Part shown: positions 37,401 to 52,624 of the stretch, in pieces
Layout of the letters: every line of letters begins with the position of its first letter
Numbering within the stretch: the stretch's first letter is position 1
Assembly: GCA_973895155.1 (NCBI GenBank)
Contig: OZ316892.1
Location: 11,906,238 to 11,970,237, forward strand
DNA: 64,000 nt
Direction of reading: 5' to 3'
Origin: Marsupella aquatica
Lineage: Eukaryota; Plantae; Marchantiophyta
Program-made: the position numbers and the translations under genes
The notes under the pieces: generated by a model
Seen by the model: the letters and a program-made list of their open reading frames with translations, nothing else
What the model was told of the DNA's origin: nothing
The model's database searches: none

Positions 37401-40400
37401 ACTTTTCTGTCATGGTCTGGTTGTGTTGGTATTGCAGGAGTGCGTTAAGGGAGCCTTGAAAGGCAAAACCGTCATCCTCGTCACTCACCAAGTGGAGTTC
37501 CTGCCAGCAGTCGACCAAATTATTGTAAGTAGCTGCTGCACATCAGCTCATGAATCGTACCTGTGAAAGTTATTTTCCTACTCAATCTTTCTCGTAGACC
37601 TTTACTTTTATGCTTCACATGCCCCTTTGCTGTTTCTAGAAAGTTGGGCACATGGACGAGGGGTTTGTTTCCATCCCCATGTACCTCTTTACACCCAAAA
37701 CCCACATTGTGGGGCTATTTTATGAACCCGGCACTTTTGAGAAGGACTCCTCTAGTTTGTCCAGATGTCTCGACCAACTTTGAAATGTTAGTTTTTAGGC
37801 AAACTTGTGCATTTATTTAAACAAGTTTTACACATCTGATGTTCAATCTATTACCTGACAAAGTTTCAATGTTTCTTGAAACTATTTGGTTACCTGACGA
37901 TGTTTCAATCATGTTTTACTAAACCATTTGGTCCATTGCTGATGAGTGCAAAGATGATCAAATATTATAAATAATGATCAAAATATTATGAACTAGTCAC
38001 CAATGCGCATTTCACTTTTGTGAAGAATGCCCTCAATAGTTGGGCACCAACTTGCCACTTTGGGAAAGGAAGTTGCTTTACTTTTGTGAAGAATGCCCTC
38101 AATAGTTGGGCACGAGCACCAACTTGCCACTTTGAGAATGGACGCCTCACTTTTATGAGGACGCCCTGGGTAAAAGTTTGGGTGAGCTGCAACTTACAAT
38201 TCACATGTGGGTCAAAACTGTAATAATGTTACCTAAGCTTTGGAACTCCATGGCGCTTCATAGCAAGCCCCTCAGTCTATCCAGGCTTTACTCCTAGCTT
38301 TGGAAATCCATGGGGCTTCATAGCGAGCCCCTCATTCCATCCAGACTTTACTTTAAGTGTTTCTAGATGCCAGTCTTATTTTGATTCCAACCCAGATATG
38401 CTCTAAAATTGTTAAACCCCCGGCCCATTCAGGCTTTACTTTCAGTGTAGAGTGGTTCTAGCTGCCAGTCTTATTTCTGAGTCCAACCCAGATATGCTCC
38501 TAAATTGTCAATTCCCAAGTTCACAGGATTGCACAGATAGTGCTTCGTCTTTGACACGCACATTGTACCCACTTGTTGACACGAAATCCAGCTTCCAAAT
38601 CTTGTCAGCACTTCGACAGATCAACGAATTTGGACATATTTCGGATCCGGGATGCTTTTCTACGTTGTTCATTTTATAGTTAGTGATTTGACAAGGTGAT
38701 CGACGCTCACGACGATTTCGTCTCAATCGAAATTTCTTTGTAGGTTATGCGGGCGCCAGGAGAAATTGTCCAGAAAGGCACGTACGACGAGCTGGTGCAA
38801 GAAGGGAAGGACTTCGGTGCTTTCGTGGACGCGTTGCAAGAATCATTACAGAGTGTCAATCGGGGTGTCAATCGAGCAAGCCATAATAGTTTGGATGGAG
38901 AAGCACCCATGCAAATATTGGCGGACAGTGTGTCCCCAACACGGACTCCCTTGCTCAGCACTGGCAGTGGCGGAAACCAAAAGGCAATGGCAGCAAGTGC
39001 GCAATTGTCTAGCTCAAACGGTAGGGCATGTTCTCTGTCAAAATCCAGCTCAGGCAAGAAGACTGATATCACAGGAATTGCCAAAGAAATGAAGGGAAAG
39101 CTCATTCAGGAGGAGATCCGGGAGGTGGGGAGAGTAACCAGTAAGGTGATCTGGTCATACCTCTCCAAAGTCGGCGACGGTTCTTTGTGGGCCCTGGTTT
39201 TGGTCCCTCAGCTTGCAACAACCACGTTCGGCTTCGTCAGCGACTTATGGCTGGCGTCGGGAACGTCCGATACTGGAATGGCGGCAAGCCATCGGTTTAT
39301 GTGGATTTACTGTTCGTTCCTAGTAGGTTGCTCAGCATCTGTTTACATTCGGACCAGATTGGTATCCTACACAGCAGTTGCCACAGCTCAGGCTTTCTTT
39401 ACAGGCATGCTCAATAGTATCTTGAGGGCTCCCATGTCCTTTATTGACTCTACCCCAGTGGGTCGAATTCTGAGCAGGGTAAGCTTCCAGCTTAGCAAAT
39501 TGAGTCGAGAACGAATTGCTGTTGTTCTGAAATTGGTTAAATCAACTTAACTTGTTTAGGCATTGTTACTGGCAGGTTGGAATGTCCATTTCCTCCAAAT
39601 CCACAATGACTTTCAGGGGGCAAAAAGAGGCTGGATTTGTCATCTGTCCTTTTTTGAGATTGAACTGTAAAGTTGAAAATTAAAATTGTTATTGAAAAGC
39701 AAGATTGAACGACTGAAAAACGTTTTGTAAATGACAGTGCTCAACAGATCAAACTGCATTGGATATAGAACTTCCCAACATGGTCGCGAGCGTCGGCAAC
39801 AACGTCCTGATTGTGACTAGTACTATCCTGATTACAATCTACGTGACGCCACAAGTTTTGTTCCTCACTATCCCGCTTGGGTACCTCTTCATTAAACTCC
39901 AGGTACAGCATCTTGCATAGCTCGACATTCATGGACAATTTAAACTTCTCGTCAGTGCTCAACTGTGACCACAGATATAGACCATCCCTTGGAGGTGGGA
40001 GCTCCCCTTAATTGAGATGTTAGGCACCTTGGACCGACGCGAAATGCAAGTTTCCGACGAAGAGATAAAATCTGTCCAACACTACGCAGTTCCCTTAGAG
40101 AGATCTATGCCTTGCAGCTACCCAGTTTCAGGCTGCGTATCTTGATGACGTGTCTTAATTACTTCGAAAACATTTCTCAACTCTTTGGACACTGCTCATG
40201 CTCGTGCTCCTGGTGTGGATGATTGAATCTGCAGATTTATTTCATTTCATCCTCCAGGGAGCTTTCGCGTCTCACTTCACTGACCGAGGCTCCTTTGTAC
40301 CTTCACATAAGTGAATCTGTTGGTGGAGCAACCACGATTCGTGCTTTTGAAGAGCAGTCCATGTTCGCAGACACAAATGTGCTGCGCTTGGAAGCTTACC

Positions 40401-43024
40401 AAAGGGCCTACTTCCACAATATGAGTGCAGCGGAGTGGCTGGGTTTCCGTCTCGATGTTCTTAGTGCTGCGCTCCTTGCATGTCTGGCTATCCTCTTGAT
40501 CAGCCTTCCTGATGGTACCATCGCGCCTGGTAAGTCTTGCAGCAGCAAACTCTCTCGGTCATATATTAATATAGCTACTGTCGTTGCTGGTACAGTTCAT
40601 TCATGATCTGGAGGACATATACCTGCTGATGATGAAATCCGTGGTGATGTAATCTATGCAGGATTCCGTAAGCTAATATGGTTGTATTGGTTTTATATGT
40701 CCAGGCTTGGCTGGAATGTCATTATCATACGGCCTGAGTCTGAGCGCAGTTCTGATGCGACTTGTCTCGACGTCGTCCATGGCGGAAGTGAAAATGGTCA
40801 GTGTAGAGCGTATCATGCAGTACTCTGATATTCCCACTGAAGCGCCTACCGTCATTCTAGACAGGAGACCACCATCAGGCTGGCCAAATGCAGGTCGAAT
40901 TGAGCTTCAAGAACTTCAGGCAAGCTCCTCTTTAATACTTAACATCAATTATCTCAATGCTGGAAAGGGTAGGTGGGAAAGTAGCTTTTGTCTTAGCTCA
41001 TGTCATTCTGTTCTGAACACGAGGGTCAAGCAAAATGTGAGATTATTGCGATTTACTGCTGACAGCATGAGTAGCTTGTGGGTTCGGACAAGGAGTGTTC
41101 TACGTTTAGTTAGACTGTTGTCTAACTCCTTGTCATACTCGTCAGCTTTCCAGGCCATGAATGAACAAATACAGTGGTTCACGTGATTCTCTCCCTTTAG
41201 AATCACGACGCTGATTCCTTCTGCATGTGCAACATTACTCAGATGGATTGTGACATTGCTTTAATGTCTGCAGATTCGCTACAGACCAGATCTACCGTTG
41301 GTTTTGAAGGAAGTGTCCTGCGTGATTCATCCTCGAGAGAAAGTGGGTGTTGTCGGACGTACAGGAAGCGGAAAGTCTACTCTCATTCAAGCGCTCTTCC
41401 GGTTGATTGAACCAGCAGGTGGACGCATCCTCATAGACGGACTGGACATTACCACCATTGGATTAAATGACCTGAGGTCTGTACTGGGTGTGATCCCACA
41501 AGAGCCCACATTATTCGAGGGCAGTGTCCGATCGAATCTGGACCCCTTTAACACTTGCTCGGACCAGCAAATATGGGAGGTAATTTACAATGACGATTGC
41601 TCATCGATTAGCATTGGTGAAATTTTCTATGACATCCGATGAAAAATACTTTACACTTCACAATGATCGCAGTCTATTCACAAAATGCTCTAGTTAGAAA
41701 GGTTTCTCCAGCGGTGTACAGATTAATTTTCGACAATCTGTAAAACTTAGCTCAAGGCTTTATAATTAACTATTTCAAGCATGAAGTGGTGGTGTCTCAA
41801 TTCTGGTCTCTGAAGTTTTCAAGAGGTTGATGCAGTCGTTGGACAAATGTCAGCTCGGTCAACTCGTCCGGGAGAAGCCAGAGAAACTGAACTCAGCAGG
41901 TGTCTCTTTTAATCCTATCGTTCGTGATTTTTCCGGTTTCTAGCTTGAGGGTTTTGTCTAAGAACTGTTACACCTGCTTTCGCTCCCTACTCTCCCTGAT
42001 GGAGCTCTGGCCCAGGTGCATGAGTCGTGGGGAGAATGAGAGTGGTTACTGGAAAGGGACCTGCGCTATATGGTCCTTTTTCGGCTAGGATGATTGGTCT
42101 GGCACCTATTGCAGGGATGAAGTCTATTGCGATGCAGAGAAGTTAAGACACTTTTTGTGTGGTTTAAAAAATGAGGGCACTGAGGAGCTAGACATAGTCT
42201 GAGGAACAAACTGGAAGGAAAGCTTGCACGTGGAGTGATATATTAGTGAATTTATCTCTAGTGTAGAATCCATGAGTTGTATACCAAACTTGACAGAAAA
42301 TTTGTGTGTGACCCAATTAGGTTTGCACAGCTCAAGAATGCCGAAGCGGTAATTTAGAATAGTGGCAGAGTGCCATTGAATGACTAGGGATTGACTTCGT
42401 TTAATCGCCTTCTTGAGTGGCTCATGCAGTGTCAGAACAGGGGGAAAATTGGAGTGTTGGAGAGCGACAGCTGCTGTGCTTGTCTCGTGCTTTGCTCAAA
42501 CAAGCGCGCATCCTCGTCCTGGATGAGGCAACTGCGTCTGTGGACATCACCACTGACGCTGTTATCCAGCTAGCAATCAAAAAGTACTTTGCAGACTGCA
42601 CAGTGATCAGTGTTGCGCATCGCATTCCAACTGTCATTGACTCTGATCGAGTGTTAGTGCTTGAAAAGGGTATGCTTGCTGACATGCTGCTACTATCGTG
42701 AATTTAGCTGCTAGTTTCAGTTTCAATAAACAGCAAGGCCTTCCAATATTTGGAAATCACAGAAAATGAAAGCAAAACGTTCCTTGTTAGAAATTCTTAG
42801 TATAAGTCCTTGGGGCTCTTTATGAAATGGCAAGGGGGAGGGAGCTCTAACAGAGTGGTATGACAAACGACGCAGGGCAATTAATGGAGAACAATTCGCC
42901 GCAGCAGTTGCTAGCCAACGAGAATTCAATGTTTTCCAAGCTGGTCAAAGAGTACACAAGCCGGACTGAGAGCAACAACAGTCTAGAGTCTCTGGGTTTC
43001 AATCCTTCAACAGGTTACTCTTAA
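34485..43024 (+). CDS. ABC transporter subfamily C (MRP); 11 exons: 34485-36581, 36964-37284, 37438-37524, 38744-39478, 39738-39902, 40235-40529, 40705-40919, 41274-41579, 41836-41899, 42430-42669, 42876-43024
   Basis: TMD0-TMD1-NBD1-TMD2-NBD2 layout: [81 protein letters not shown]. Start codon uncertain (34485/34500/34521). Confidence 0.95.
37995..38505. repeat. Three pairs of short direct duplications in ABCC intron 3
   Basis: CTTTTGTGAAGAATGCCCTCAATAGTTGGGCAC x2; AGCTTTGGAA.TCCATGG.GCTTCATAGC.AGCCCCTCA x2; TGCCAGTCTTATTT..TCCAACCCAGATATGCTC x2. Confidence 0.8.
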
Positions 43025-45648
43025 GTTCTCGATTTAGAAGCTACACTGAATCACGAAGTCATTGATAGGATCATATAGTCTTCCCAAGAATATTTCCACA
43101 ATTTACCCATCTGGTCACTTGACAAAGGCCAAGAGCGAATTCTTTCCCTGTTCATTAGAGAAGTTCTCGCATAGAAAGATTAGACGTCACTGCGCATGTC
43201 GTGCCCGGTTACAGTGTAGCAACATTGTATCCACAGTGACTGCGTTGGCCCCAATGTCGGCGCTGCCCCCAATTTTCACGGTCTATAGCTTCCGTCTAAT
43301 CATAGGCTGTGACCGTAGGGTTTCGTTCTGTGCGCAATTGCATAGATTTTCAACCATGTCAAGCAAACAATTGACAACCCCAATGATGTTCTCGTTTTCC
43401 AATATCAGGTGAGTAGAGGGAAGACGAGCACAGGTCCTCAAAGCCATATGCTGAGCTTTCATAGAAAATCACAGAAAGAAACGAGCACATTTGTTTCACA
43501 CATATCATTTTCCTCACAAATGAGTACGAAGTAATTACCACCTGACAGGCATTTGCCCTTCAGTCATATTGACATCTGTGGAAAAGCCCATCAATACCGC
43601 CAAGCTGGAAATAGATTTTAAATTTTCAAGCATTTATGTTTGCCCGTACTCGTAGTGACAGACCCCTCCTGGAGCCAGGTAGCCATACCGTAGCGTGAGT
43701 TCCACAGATGTCAGAATGGATTATATGTAGGGGCTCGACTAGATTATTGGTTGCAGTGTTTTAAAAGTGTAGCATGGACGTGCACCACAGTAGTCTACTT
43801 CGACTGTTCTCTCCATGCTGCATGTCGTGCTTTGATTCCGTCGTCGTCCCAATCCAGATCCATCTTTGATGAGCGTCAGTAATGCAAAATCTTTCCAAAA
43901 TGGTGAACGAATGAGTCGCCCTGCAGACAGACACAAATTGTTTAGTGCCCGTATCCGGAGCAGTTGGATCGATCGGCACATGTCCTCCTGGGATGCCCCC
44001 AGGACACCCATCCCCCAGCTCCTTGATCTTCAAGGATGTTGACCGCACCACAATTACCACAAAAACCAACTCCCGAGCAAGTTCAGCATCTCGTAAGCAT
44101 ACAAGACTTAATTCCGTAAAATTGTAGGGGATGATCAAGTACTCTTAAAAGACTGCCCCCTATCAACGGCCATACCGGGCTTGGAGTACTTAGTACTACT
44201 TTTTCCAGAAGTAACGAAGTACATGAAAAAAACTGTCGTAGTACTACGAAGCTGGATCGCAATACATGATTCGGCAAAAAGTGATTATAGCAACGAGGAA
44301 TAGAGCCCGCTATGCAAAAACGATGATTCCCTGGTCGAAGAAATCAGCTGTACAATCATCTTGATGTTGTCCATCAGTACCGTTTCACTCATGGCAGGTA
44401 GCAATGCACTAATTATAAAGAACCAGCGATGAACAGCGGTCCAACTTCCAAGCAACGAGGATATGCAGAACTTACCTCCAGTTTCCAAGATCAATAACCA
44501 ACATTCCCCGAGGGGTCACAATCGTTTATACTACGACCTAGTAAATGTAGCAATCTTTTGTACAACGATGGAAATTACGAACCAAAACAGATCAATCCTG
44601 AGAAATCACATGGACGAAACCTTGTTAAGCTGCTGAAGTTGTCGGACATGCCCAAAACCAATTGTCTCATAAGACATTAGGATGCAGCCACCGGACGGTA
44701 GATAATACAAAGATTCATGACATGGAAGATCAAGACGAAATAACGCAGAAAAGGAGCACCAGAGGGCTCTCTTCCCGCGATTTCTCGATTCTGCACTGTT
44801 GTTGTTCACAGACAAGCTCTACACAGGCCTTAGCATGCAGTGACAAGTACATACATGAAAATCATTATCAACAAGCTTCGTTATATGAAATGAGAAGCAA
44901 TTTAATTACTCTGAAATGACCGCTACATTGGCAGTTCAAATTAAGACTCCAGCTCGTATGCTACCATCACATCAGAGAACGCGAGAGGAGAATCAAGCCC
45001 GCAACCAGAAGCACGATAAATAGAACTACTGTCCATCTTTAAGAGAACTTTTTCTCATTCTCAACAGATTATTAAATCCACTTCGAAGTAGATTGCTTAC
45101 ATATATCCCGTCCACACAAAACACTTCATTGTCACTGGAATAGGAGCCAGTCTAGTGCTGGAATCCTGCTACGTGATATGGGCAAGAAAATTTCGACATG
45201 CCACTCAGCAAATCTGTAACAAAATGCGATCTCTGGAAGACCCTCCGAGATTTGATCCCCGGTTACGCAAGTGCTATTTCCCTTGCATTTGTTAATATGA
45301 AGGAAATTTGTCAAAAGAATAAGCTCTGACCCAATGCAGGTCCAGCTAGGAATAAGTACATCTGACCATTGATTCGAGGGTACACCAATTCAATATTCTT
45401 CGCCGTGTATGATCCGATGCTCCTAACTACACCTCAGGCTATGAATATTTTCCTTATTGACGCAACTATGACGACAAAGGAGACAGCTCAGGTTCCTAAC
45501 CTTGATACTGTCTTTACCATAGACTAGCCTCTACATCGAATGGCTCTGGGGAGTTCTAAGGAAACACGAAATTCTATAAGGATCCATAACGTATCACTCA
45601 GGCAAAGCACGGCAAGAATGTCACTAAAAGCATTTTCTTGGAGATACT

Positions 45649-48600
45649 TCACACAATACTTGGGGTATCACATGTCCAATTACATGAAGCCCGCTGCCAT
45701 CGAGTGCGAATACAGTCCACAAGGGGTGCATGCTGAGGAGGCTCGTCTTTGGCCGCGGCACCTTCTACCATGGAGGTGCCATCTTGCGTTGCAGTTTTAT
45801 ACTCCTCAACTAGGACGGTATCAGGTGTCCACTTTGGAGGCACAGTGACGCACAATCTGCTTAACCTCGGTCTTTGAAGGACTTCCGTACCCACTGTTGC
45901 CACTCTCTTAGCAATTCCGTTGAAGTGTAATAGCTCAAAGACTCTCTTGCCCAGCGCAGCGGAAGTCTCTTTTAAGCCACCCTTGCTTGAATCTACTTGG
46001 CATAGAGATTGCCAGAAGTCATTCCAAACCACAATATCACTGCTACAAAGGTTATTCAACATGTCCTGTGGCATTTCAATTTTTAAATCGCTCAAAACGT
46101 GCTGGAGTGCTTCCAAACTGATAAAACCTCCCCCTCCGCTTTGATCTTGCGCATCAAATGCCTGCCGAATCCGTGTCTCTCTATCTTCAATATCACTTTC
46201 ATCCTGGACAGTTGTGGTCAGGGCAAATAAGACAGTATAATGCGATTCACTGCCCACAACCCAGATTGGCCACCTTGGTCGTTTCAAATGCTGTCCAACT
46301 TTGCATAAGTTGAGGGACTCGAGAAGAGTAAGAAACCCAACTTCCACACCAGTGAGTATGCCTTTAAGACACATCCCCCCACCCAGGTCCATGCTCCCAT
46401 CAAAAACATTTGGAACAGCTTGCCCGCACAAGAACAAGTTCACAATTTCCTGCAAAACCATGTAACCGAGGTGAGAAACGGTTCAGCCTAGACTAGTAAG
46501 TACTGCTCTTCGAATAACCATGGCAACAAGCACGGTATAATATTATTAAATTCCTGGGCCATAATCTCTCTTAGCCATACGAATGCACCTGCGCACCGTA
46601 TGCATTGAACTTCCAGTGCAACACTAGTATGCACGAAGCTCTAGACGCACCTACACTTTAATGGAACTTACCTCCACCAGGCAATCAGAACCAGGGGGAG
46701 CTAGAAAGAACTCTTCTAGCGGTTTATCACATTTCGTGCAAGAAAATCCAACTGGCAACTGCATTGCTTCCAGCCTATACTATAGCCTCTTCTCTGTACA
46801 CCTCACAAACAACGATAACCGGCAGACAACTGTGATCCATCCCATCACTTACTGCCACGTTCCTGTTCACTTGGAGAAATGAAAAGCGGAATATGTAGGT
46901 CTGACACTGTGAGAACTATAAGAAAGCCAGGTAAAGACTTGTGGTACCTGAAGACATGGGTGAGTTGCTTTTGGAGATACAAGCTCTTTCATACACAACT
47001 ATCAGCATTGATCACAGGTTCTGTGGCTCATGGTAGAAGGTTAATCTGGCGAATCTGCCAGGCACCAAGGGGTGAGGCCATATACATGTGTCCCCATGTA
47101 CTGGTAACAAGTAGGATGGACTTCAACCAAAGACTCAGGGAGCTACAACCACTTAAGCAAGCAAGTGAAGAATAGCGTACACCAAAATGGGGGAAATTTA
47201 TCCCTCAAGGGAAACACTTGCACCATTGCTTGTCGCGATCAAGAATAGCACTCCACATAATTAACCCTGGACCAGAAAAAGTAGGCCATTAGACTTGGGA
47301 GCTAAGCTGTTCGCAGCCCTACTCAGGTAATTGGCTCACTGCCAGTTACCCACTATAGCTCACATTAGACTTCAACTACTCATGACCTCGTCCTGATCGC
47401 AGGGAAGGTAAGGCACTGCTCGTATGAGAAAGCCAGGAATCTGACCACCAAGCAGCAGCATCAGTTTTGCTGGAAATCTTCCTGCCCGTCCTACACTGGA
47501 GTTACTAAGGAAGGTTGGGCATACATGCCTGCGATGCATGACCAAACGGAGGTGTCACCAAAGGCTGCTCTGGGTCGTCTCGATCAGATTGTATTGCATC
47601 CTGTAGCACACAGAGGTAAACTGGTGAGTAGCACAAAATAGATAAATAAGCACTTAGCTCCAACCCTTCAAACTATGAGCATGAACATAAAATGTAGACA
47701 TAAGAGCACGGCGTGACCGTCACAGCAGTTGAAACGGTCGGGTGACAGACACGTTTCCAATCCATTTGAACGAATTCACCCACAACGAACATAGACCATC
47801 AAGGACTAATGGTATTTCGGGACGAAATCGAGTATCCCAGTGGCTCACCCTTTCGTCAAAATATACCTCCAGGGATACTCGTGCCAGGGAAATTACAACT
47901 CTGAGATTTCTATGGTCATGTAGAAATCTTCCATGTACAGCTTGCCACTCAACCTCTCCACATGAACCAACACTTCCATGTCACACCAGCTAGTTGGAAA
48001 CAGACAGTCTCAAGAAGTATTTCTCAAAATGAACGTTTTAGCGCCAGGGATATGCCAGCCATCATACATACCAAGCCTCTTGATAGAAGAACAGAGAACA
48101 ACAGTAGGAGTGCCCCCATGCGACTTCTAAATGCCGGGAGTAAGCTCTGAAGCTGAATATGGAGGGTGGAAATTGACGATATTGTTAAAACTCTCACAAG
48201 TCTATGAAACTCCTTTACTGAGTCAAGAGCTACGCCATCCAATGCCTTCGCTACTATCTGCAAAACAGAATAGAAAAAGGTTAGAAGAAATCTATTAGCA
48301 AATATAGTCAAAAGCGGGAAAGCAGGTTAAGAGGCTGCACCAAGAAGTTTCAAAATGTTAGACTCAAAAACGACATGACAAACGAACTTCAATCCCATTA
48401 CAGGAAACTCGAACTATGACCCAAGTAGGACTTAGGTGCTGGGAATACACTCGTGATGTTGCAAGTGTAAATAAGCAGAGGAGGTATTCTTCAGTTCTAC
48501 TATCGATAACAGAGCGCACACTAGCAGTTTTGTATGCAGATCCACTGTCACTCTAACAGCCTGTGAGTGTCAGGAAATCCCTTCCTCAATTGCATAGGGT

Positions 48601-51399
48601 ATATTTTTAGCCAGCGAGACCTTGCTAAACGAGAATCTTTGGAGAAACACGCCGAGACTTGACTTGTAAGTCTTGGAAACTAATGGTAGACCGATATAAA
48701 TCTTGAACCTTCGTATCAGGCAGTCATCCTTTGCACAGCAATCTGGGCAATCTAGAAACCTTCTAACACGCTATCCCCCAAACCTCTAACAAGTTACAAA
48801 TCCGGCCCCTCGTGATACGTTCACAACTTTTGTAAACAGCACGGTATTCCTCCTACATAGTCCATCGTAAGAGACTTCCCTAGGTCAGCCTTCCAGCTAT
48901 ATAAAAAGTCGTACGACTACCCTCACACACAGTGGAGGATAAGGTGTGGACGTACCTCATCCTGCTCATCCTCCTTGGATATATCTTCTACGCCAAGACC
49001 GGGAATGTCAAGGACAACCAAAACTGCCTTGGTTTCTGCCCCAGCTCTCCACAATGCCTCACCCATAGCCCGTACTAGTGCCCTGTCATGATAATCAGAC
49101 CACTTGAGTGATGCATGCCTAAGAAAGACTCGTGTATTCGTTAAAATGGGTTACGAAAGTCTATTATGTGACCCAACCCTTAGAAAACCTGCAGCTTGGA
49201 CAGTCAGGGACATCTATGCCCTCTGATGTCCGAGCGTAAGCAAATCCTTCTTTGGCAGCAATTCTGGATCAGAGTTGAGTTACATTTAGGCTCTAAAGAA
49301 AAATAAATGAAAAACGTAAGAACATCCTCGCACTATATCGAAACAACTGATGTATCACGCAGGTCACCTTGTCCTCTGAGGGTCCGAATACACAAGCTGG
49401 GCGTTTACATCATCGCCACTGGCAGTATATGAAGATTTATCAGAGCAACTTGCCATCATTGCATCTCTGTTGCTATTCAGATGTGCATCAACCTCATCCT
49501 CAGGGACAAAGAGAAGGTACTTCAATACTAGCGCCTGCAAAGTAACAGACAATGAACCAGATCAGCCCTGCTCCGAAAACCCTAGCAAAAGCAATTTTCT
49601 TAGGGGAGAACTGAAACCATGCAACAAAGCCATAATTACATGACAGGTCGACGAGGAACCAGGGACATCAGATATCTTCGTAAATAGCTAGAGTTCTGCT
49701 CAAGTGATCAAACTAGATATAAGAAATCGTCATAGCCTCCCACAGGACAGATTTCTCCAGCAAGAGAACTCCCGTACGTAGGCAATGTGGCACCCAGAGC
49801 AATCAAGTACTTGGTCCAATAAGCTTATCCCAGAGTCTCTCTGCGCCGTGGTCACAAAAGTGCTACTAACAAGAAAAATTAATAATCACAACTAGTGCCG
49901 ATGAACTCAGAAGGGCTCACACCCAGAAAATTGGTGAAATAGAGAACCTAACCTGTATTGGGGCAAGTACTCCACAGGGTCCACCTTCTCTCTGTACCAG
50001 ACCTAGGGATGTCTCGCGATCTGAGCTAAACCTGCAAAAGAATAGACAGATGAAAAAGATAAGAAGCAGACATTGCTACTTCCATATCTACAACTGCTCA
50101 AGATTAATATAATCATCATCCCTTCAATCTGAGTGCTTCATAATCCCAAAACAGATGCACAATGCCATCCCATAAGGACGGCAAGGAGTCCAAAAACTGG
50201 TTCCTAAACGAACTCAATCAAACCACGGCTAGCAATCACACTCCAGACTTTACGGTTAAACAATGGTTTCAAACTAAGACTGAATTACTGAAGCATAATT
50301 TCCCAATCCTGTAACACGACCATATTAGCCCACAAGCGAAAAGAAGTCAGAAGGGAACATCTTTGCAGAAACTAGAGCAGACTGCCCTAAATCCCTACGG
50401 GTGACCCTAAAATATGGAAATGACATGGACTCCTGTCCTTAACAATCAAGACAGAACAACTCGCTGTAAAGCGATTCAGCAGGGACCTGTGTCCTAGGCA
50501 AGATATCTGGTAAAAGAGTTGCATGGCTGCCGGTGCAGCATCAGGCAACGGGCATAGAATTGAGGTCCAGAGAGCAATTGCATCATTCTTGAGAAATCTA
50601 GTAATTTTTAGTCCCAAATATGAGAATCGTTGGCTGGGCCAACGTCTATTAGTCCCGTACTTGTACTCCGCGAAATTTTCCAGAAAAAAAGAATTGAGCT
50701 CCCGTCTAGAACCATTTGACTCCGATTACCCCAGAGTGCGACGCTCGACGAGGGGAAAAAAATGAGAACAGCAATATCCCAAGACTTGAAGAACATGAAC
50801 CACTGATGGGAATCCACAACTAATATACTAAAACTGCAGGCAGACAGAGTGGAGATGTATGGAACTCTGCCTAACCTGAATCCTTGGTTACACCACTGTG
50901 CCAGAACATCCTTAGAAAAATTCGTCCCAAAAACCATTGTGTACAACTGCTCGGCCAGATGATACGGAAGATAGTGCCTATCATCGTCTACCCTCCGCTT
51001 TCCTCTAACACTTTTCTCGCCAAGTTCCCTTCCGCTGGATATCTGAAGCGACGATCCAGATACCCTGTCCTGAACTGGTGAAGCAATGCCACTTGGGCTG
51101 CGAGAATCATTGACGCTTTCTGAGAACGAGGAGGAAGGCACAGATGCATCCATCACCCCCGGTAACGAACCTCCCCACGCCGCGGTCTTCGTCCTCCTCT
51201 GCTCAGCGGCCGCAGCAAGAAGCTCCCGCTGCAACCGCCGATTTCGTGCGTCGGCGGTTTCCGAAGGTGAAGTTGGGGTGGCTGTGGGAGGGGAGGATAA
51301 CGAGGCATTGTCCCTTGGCTTACTCCGCTTCGCGTCCGGGACAGGCTGCAAGCTCATGCGGAACGCTCTCTGCAGCTCCTCATCATCATGCTCACCCAT
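45649..51399 (-). CDS. MINDY-3/4-family deubiquitinase with N-terminal UIM and EF-hand; 7 exons: 51399-50876, 50031-49953, 49534-49368, 49082-48956, 48257-48072, 47600-47529, 46449-45649
   Basis: UIM DDEELQRAFRMSL, W..QGF, catalytic QREGGPCGVLA, FGHASQ|EIVNL, WVVGSESHYTVLF, EF-hand DAQDQSGGGGFIS, CIRTRW. Confidence 0.92.
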
Positions 51400-52624
51400 C
51401 CAGATCTGCTCTTGTTTCTCTTGACTCACCAAGCCCCCGTGTCCAATTCAAATCCTTCGTCCCTTCCCCTTCCACCTTCCGGTTGCTTTCGTTCCTACTT
51501 CATACAATGCCCTCCCCGTTCATGCACTTCCAATGCGTTCCCTGCCTTTCAGTTTCTGGCTTCGTGTTGGCCCTCCCTCGTCAACTACACCTCCCGGGTT
51601 TCATTTGTGTCCGCCCTTTGTTAGCCTGGCATCCTTCTCCATTGCTCTCCTGTTACAGAACAGCAGTAATTACTCCTCTTTCGCGTCCGTTCCCTGTTTA
51701 CGCTACTTGTCTCCTGATCACAAGATATCGCTTGCAAACTTCACTGAAAACACCGTAATTTCCTCTACTTCCGATCAATCATGAGGTCTTACTCTACCAC
51801 CTGCAAAATGTCGTGCGCACACCTCCCCCTCAGTCCTTCATTCACCGAACAAAACATTCCCTGCCCTAAAGCATTGCTCATTCATTTCTCTACGCAACGC
51901 TCGCAGTCACCTCATCATTCGGGTCTCGTCAATCTTTCTGTCTGCAAGTCTGTCTGTCTAGCTGCGCCAGAGCAAATCAAACCGGCTCTCGCTCTCATCA
52001 AGCTTGCCCATCCAAACGCGTTTCTCAGTCAAACTACCACAAAAGCCTTGTAAACGTTCGGCATTTCTCTCTGCAATGCACCCGGACACGAGGAAAAAAC
52101 TGACCAAACTAGACAAGACCGACTTTCTATCATCGCATCACAGTCAAAAAGAGAGCACGCATTATTTTTGGCAGATGCGTTACCTGCGTGGTGTATCACA
52201 ATTGAGTCATCGAGCCGGACATGTCTGCTGCCATCCTGCCTGCCTGCATACCTGCGTCGTGTTGAGTTGATGAGTTGAGTTTTGAAGAGAGGACAGTAAT
52301 GATAATCGCGACCTCCTACGGTCTCTAGTCCCAACACCTTGGACGACGAGACAATCGTGGGAATTGTCGAGTACATCAGACCAGACACTGTACTTAAAAT
52401 AATCGACCATCAAGACAAGTCTATCGCCGCGAATTTTACCGCTGTACTGTACTTACTGTACGAGATGGAATCCGGGCCTTTTGGGTCGGTGTCGTTTACA
52501 CAAACGAGCCACTGACGGGACCGTCCACTTGCGTTGCCGCGGTTCGAGCCTGCGACGTCAAGGCGTTGTGGTGCCCACCCACCGGTGACTTTCACGTCCC
52601 CTGCGCACCCGTGGGGAAGGGTTT

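Noticed and set aside
43739-44138. Overlapping ORFs between ABCC and MINDY
   Set aside because: No motif or convincing splice structure.
51086-52270. Plus-strand ORFs opposite and upstream of MINDY exon 1
   Set aside because: Antisense shadows of a GC-rich exon and pyrimidine-rich leader sequence.
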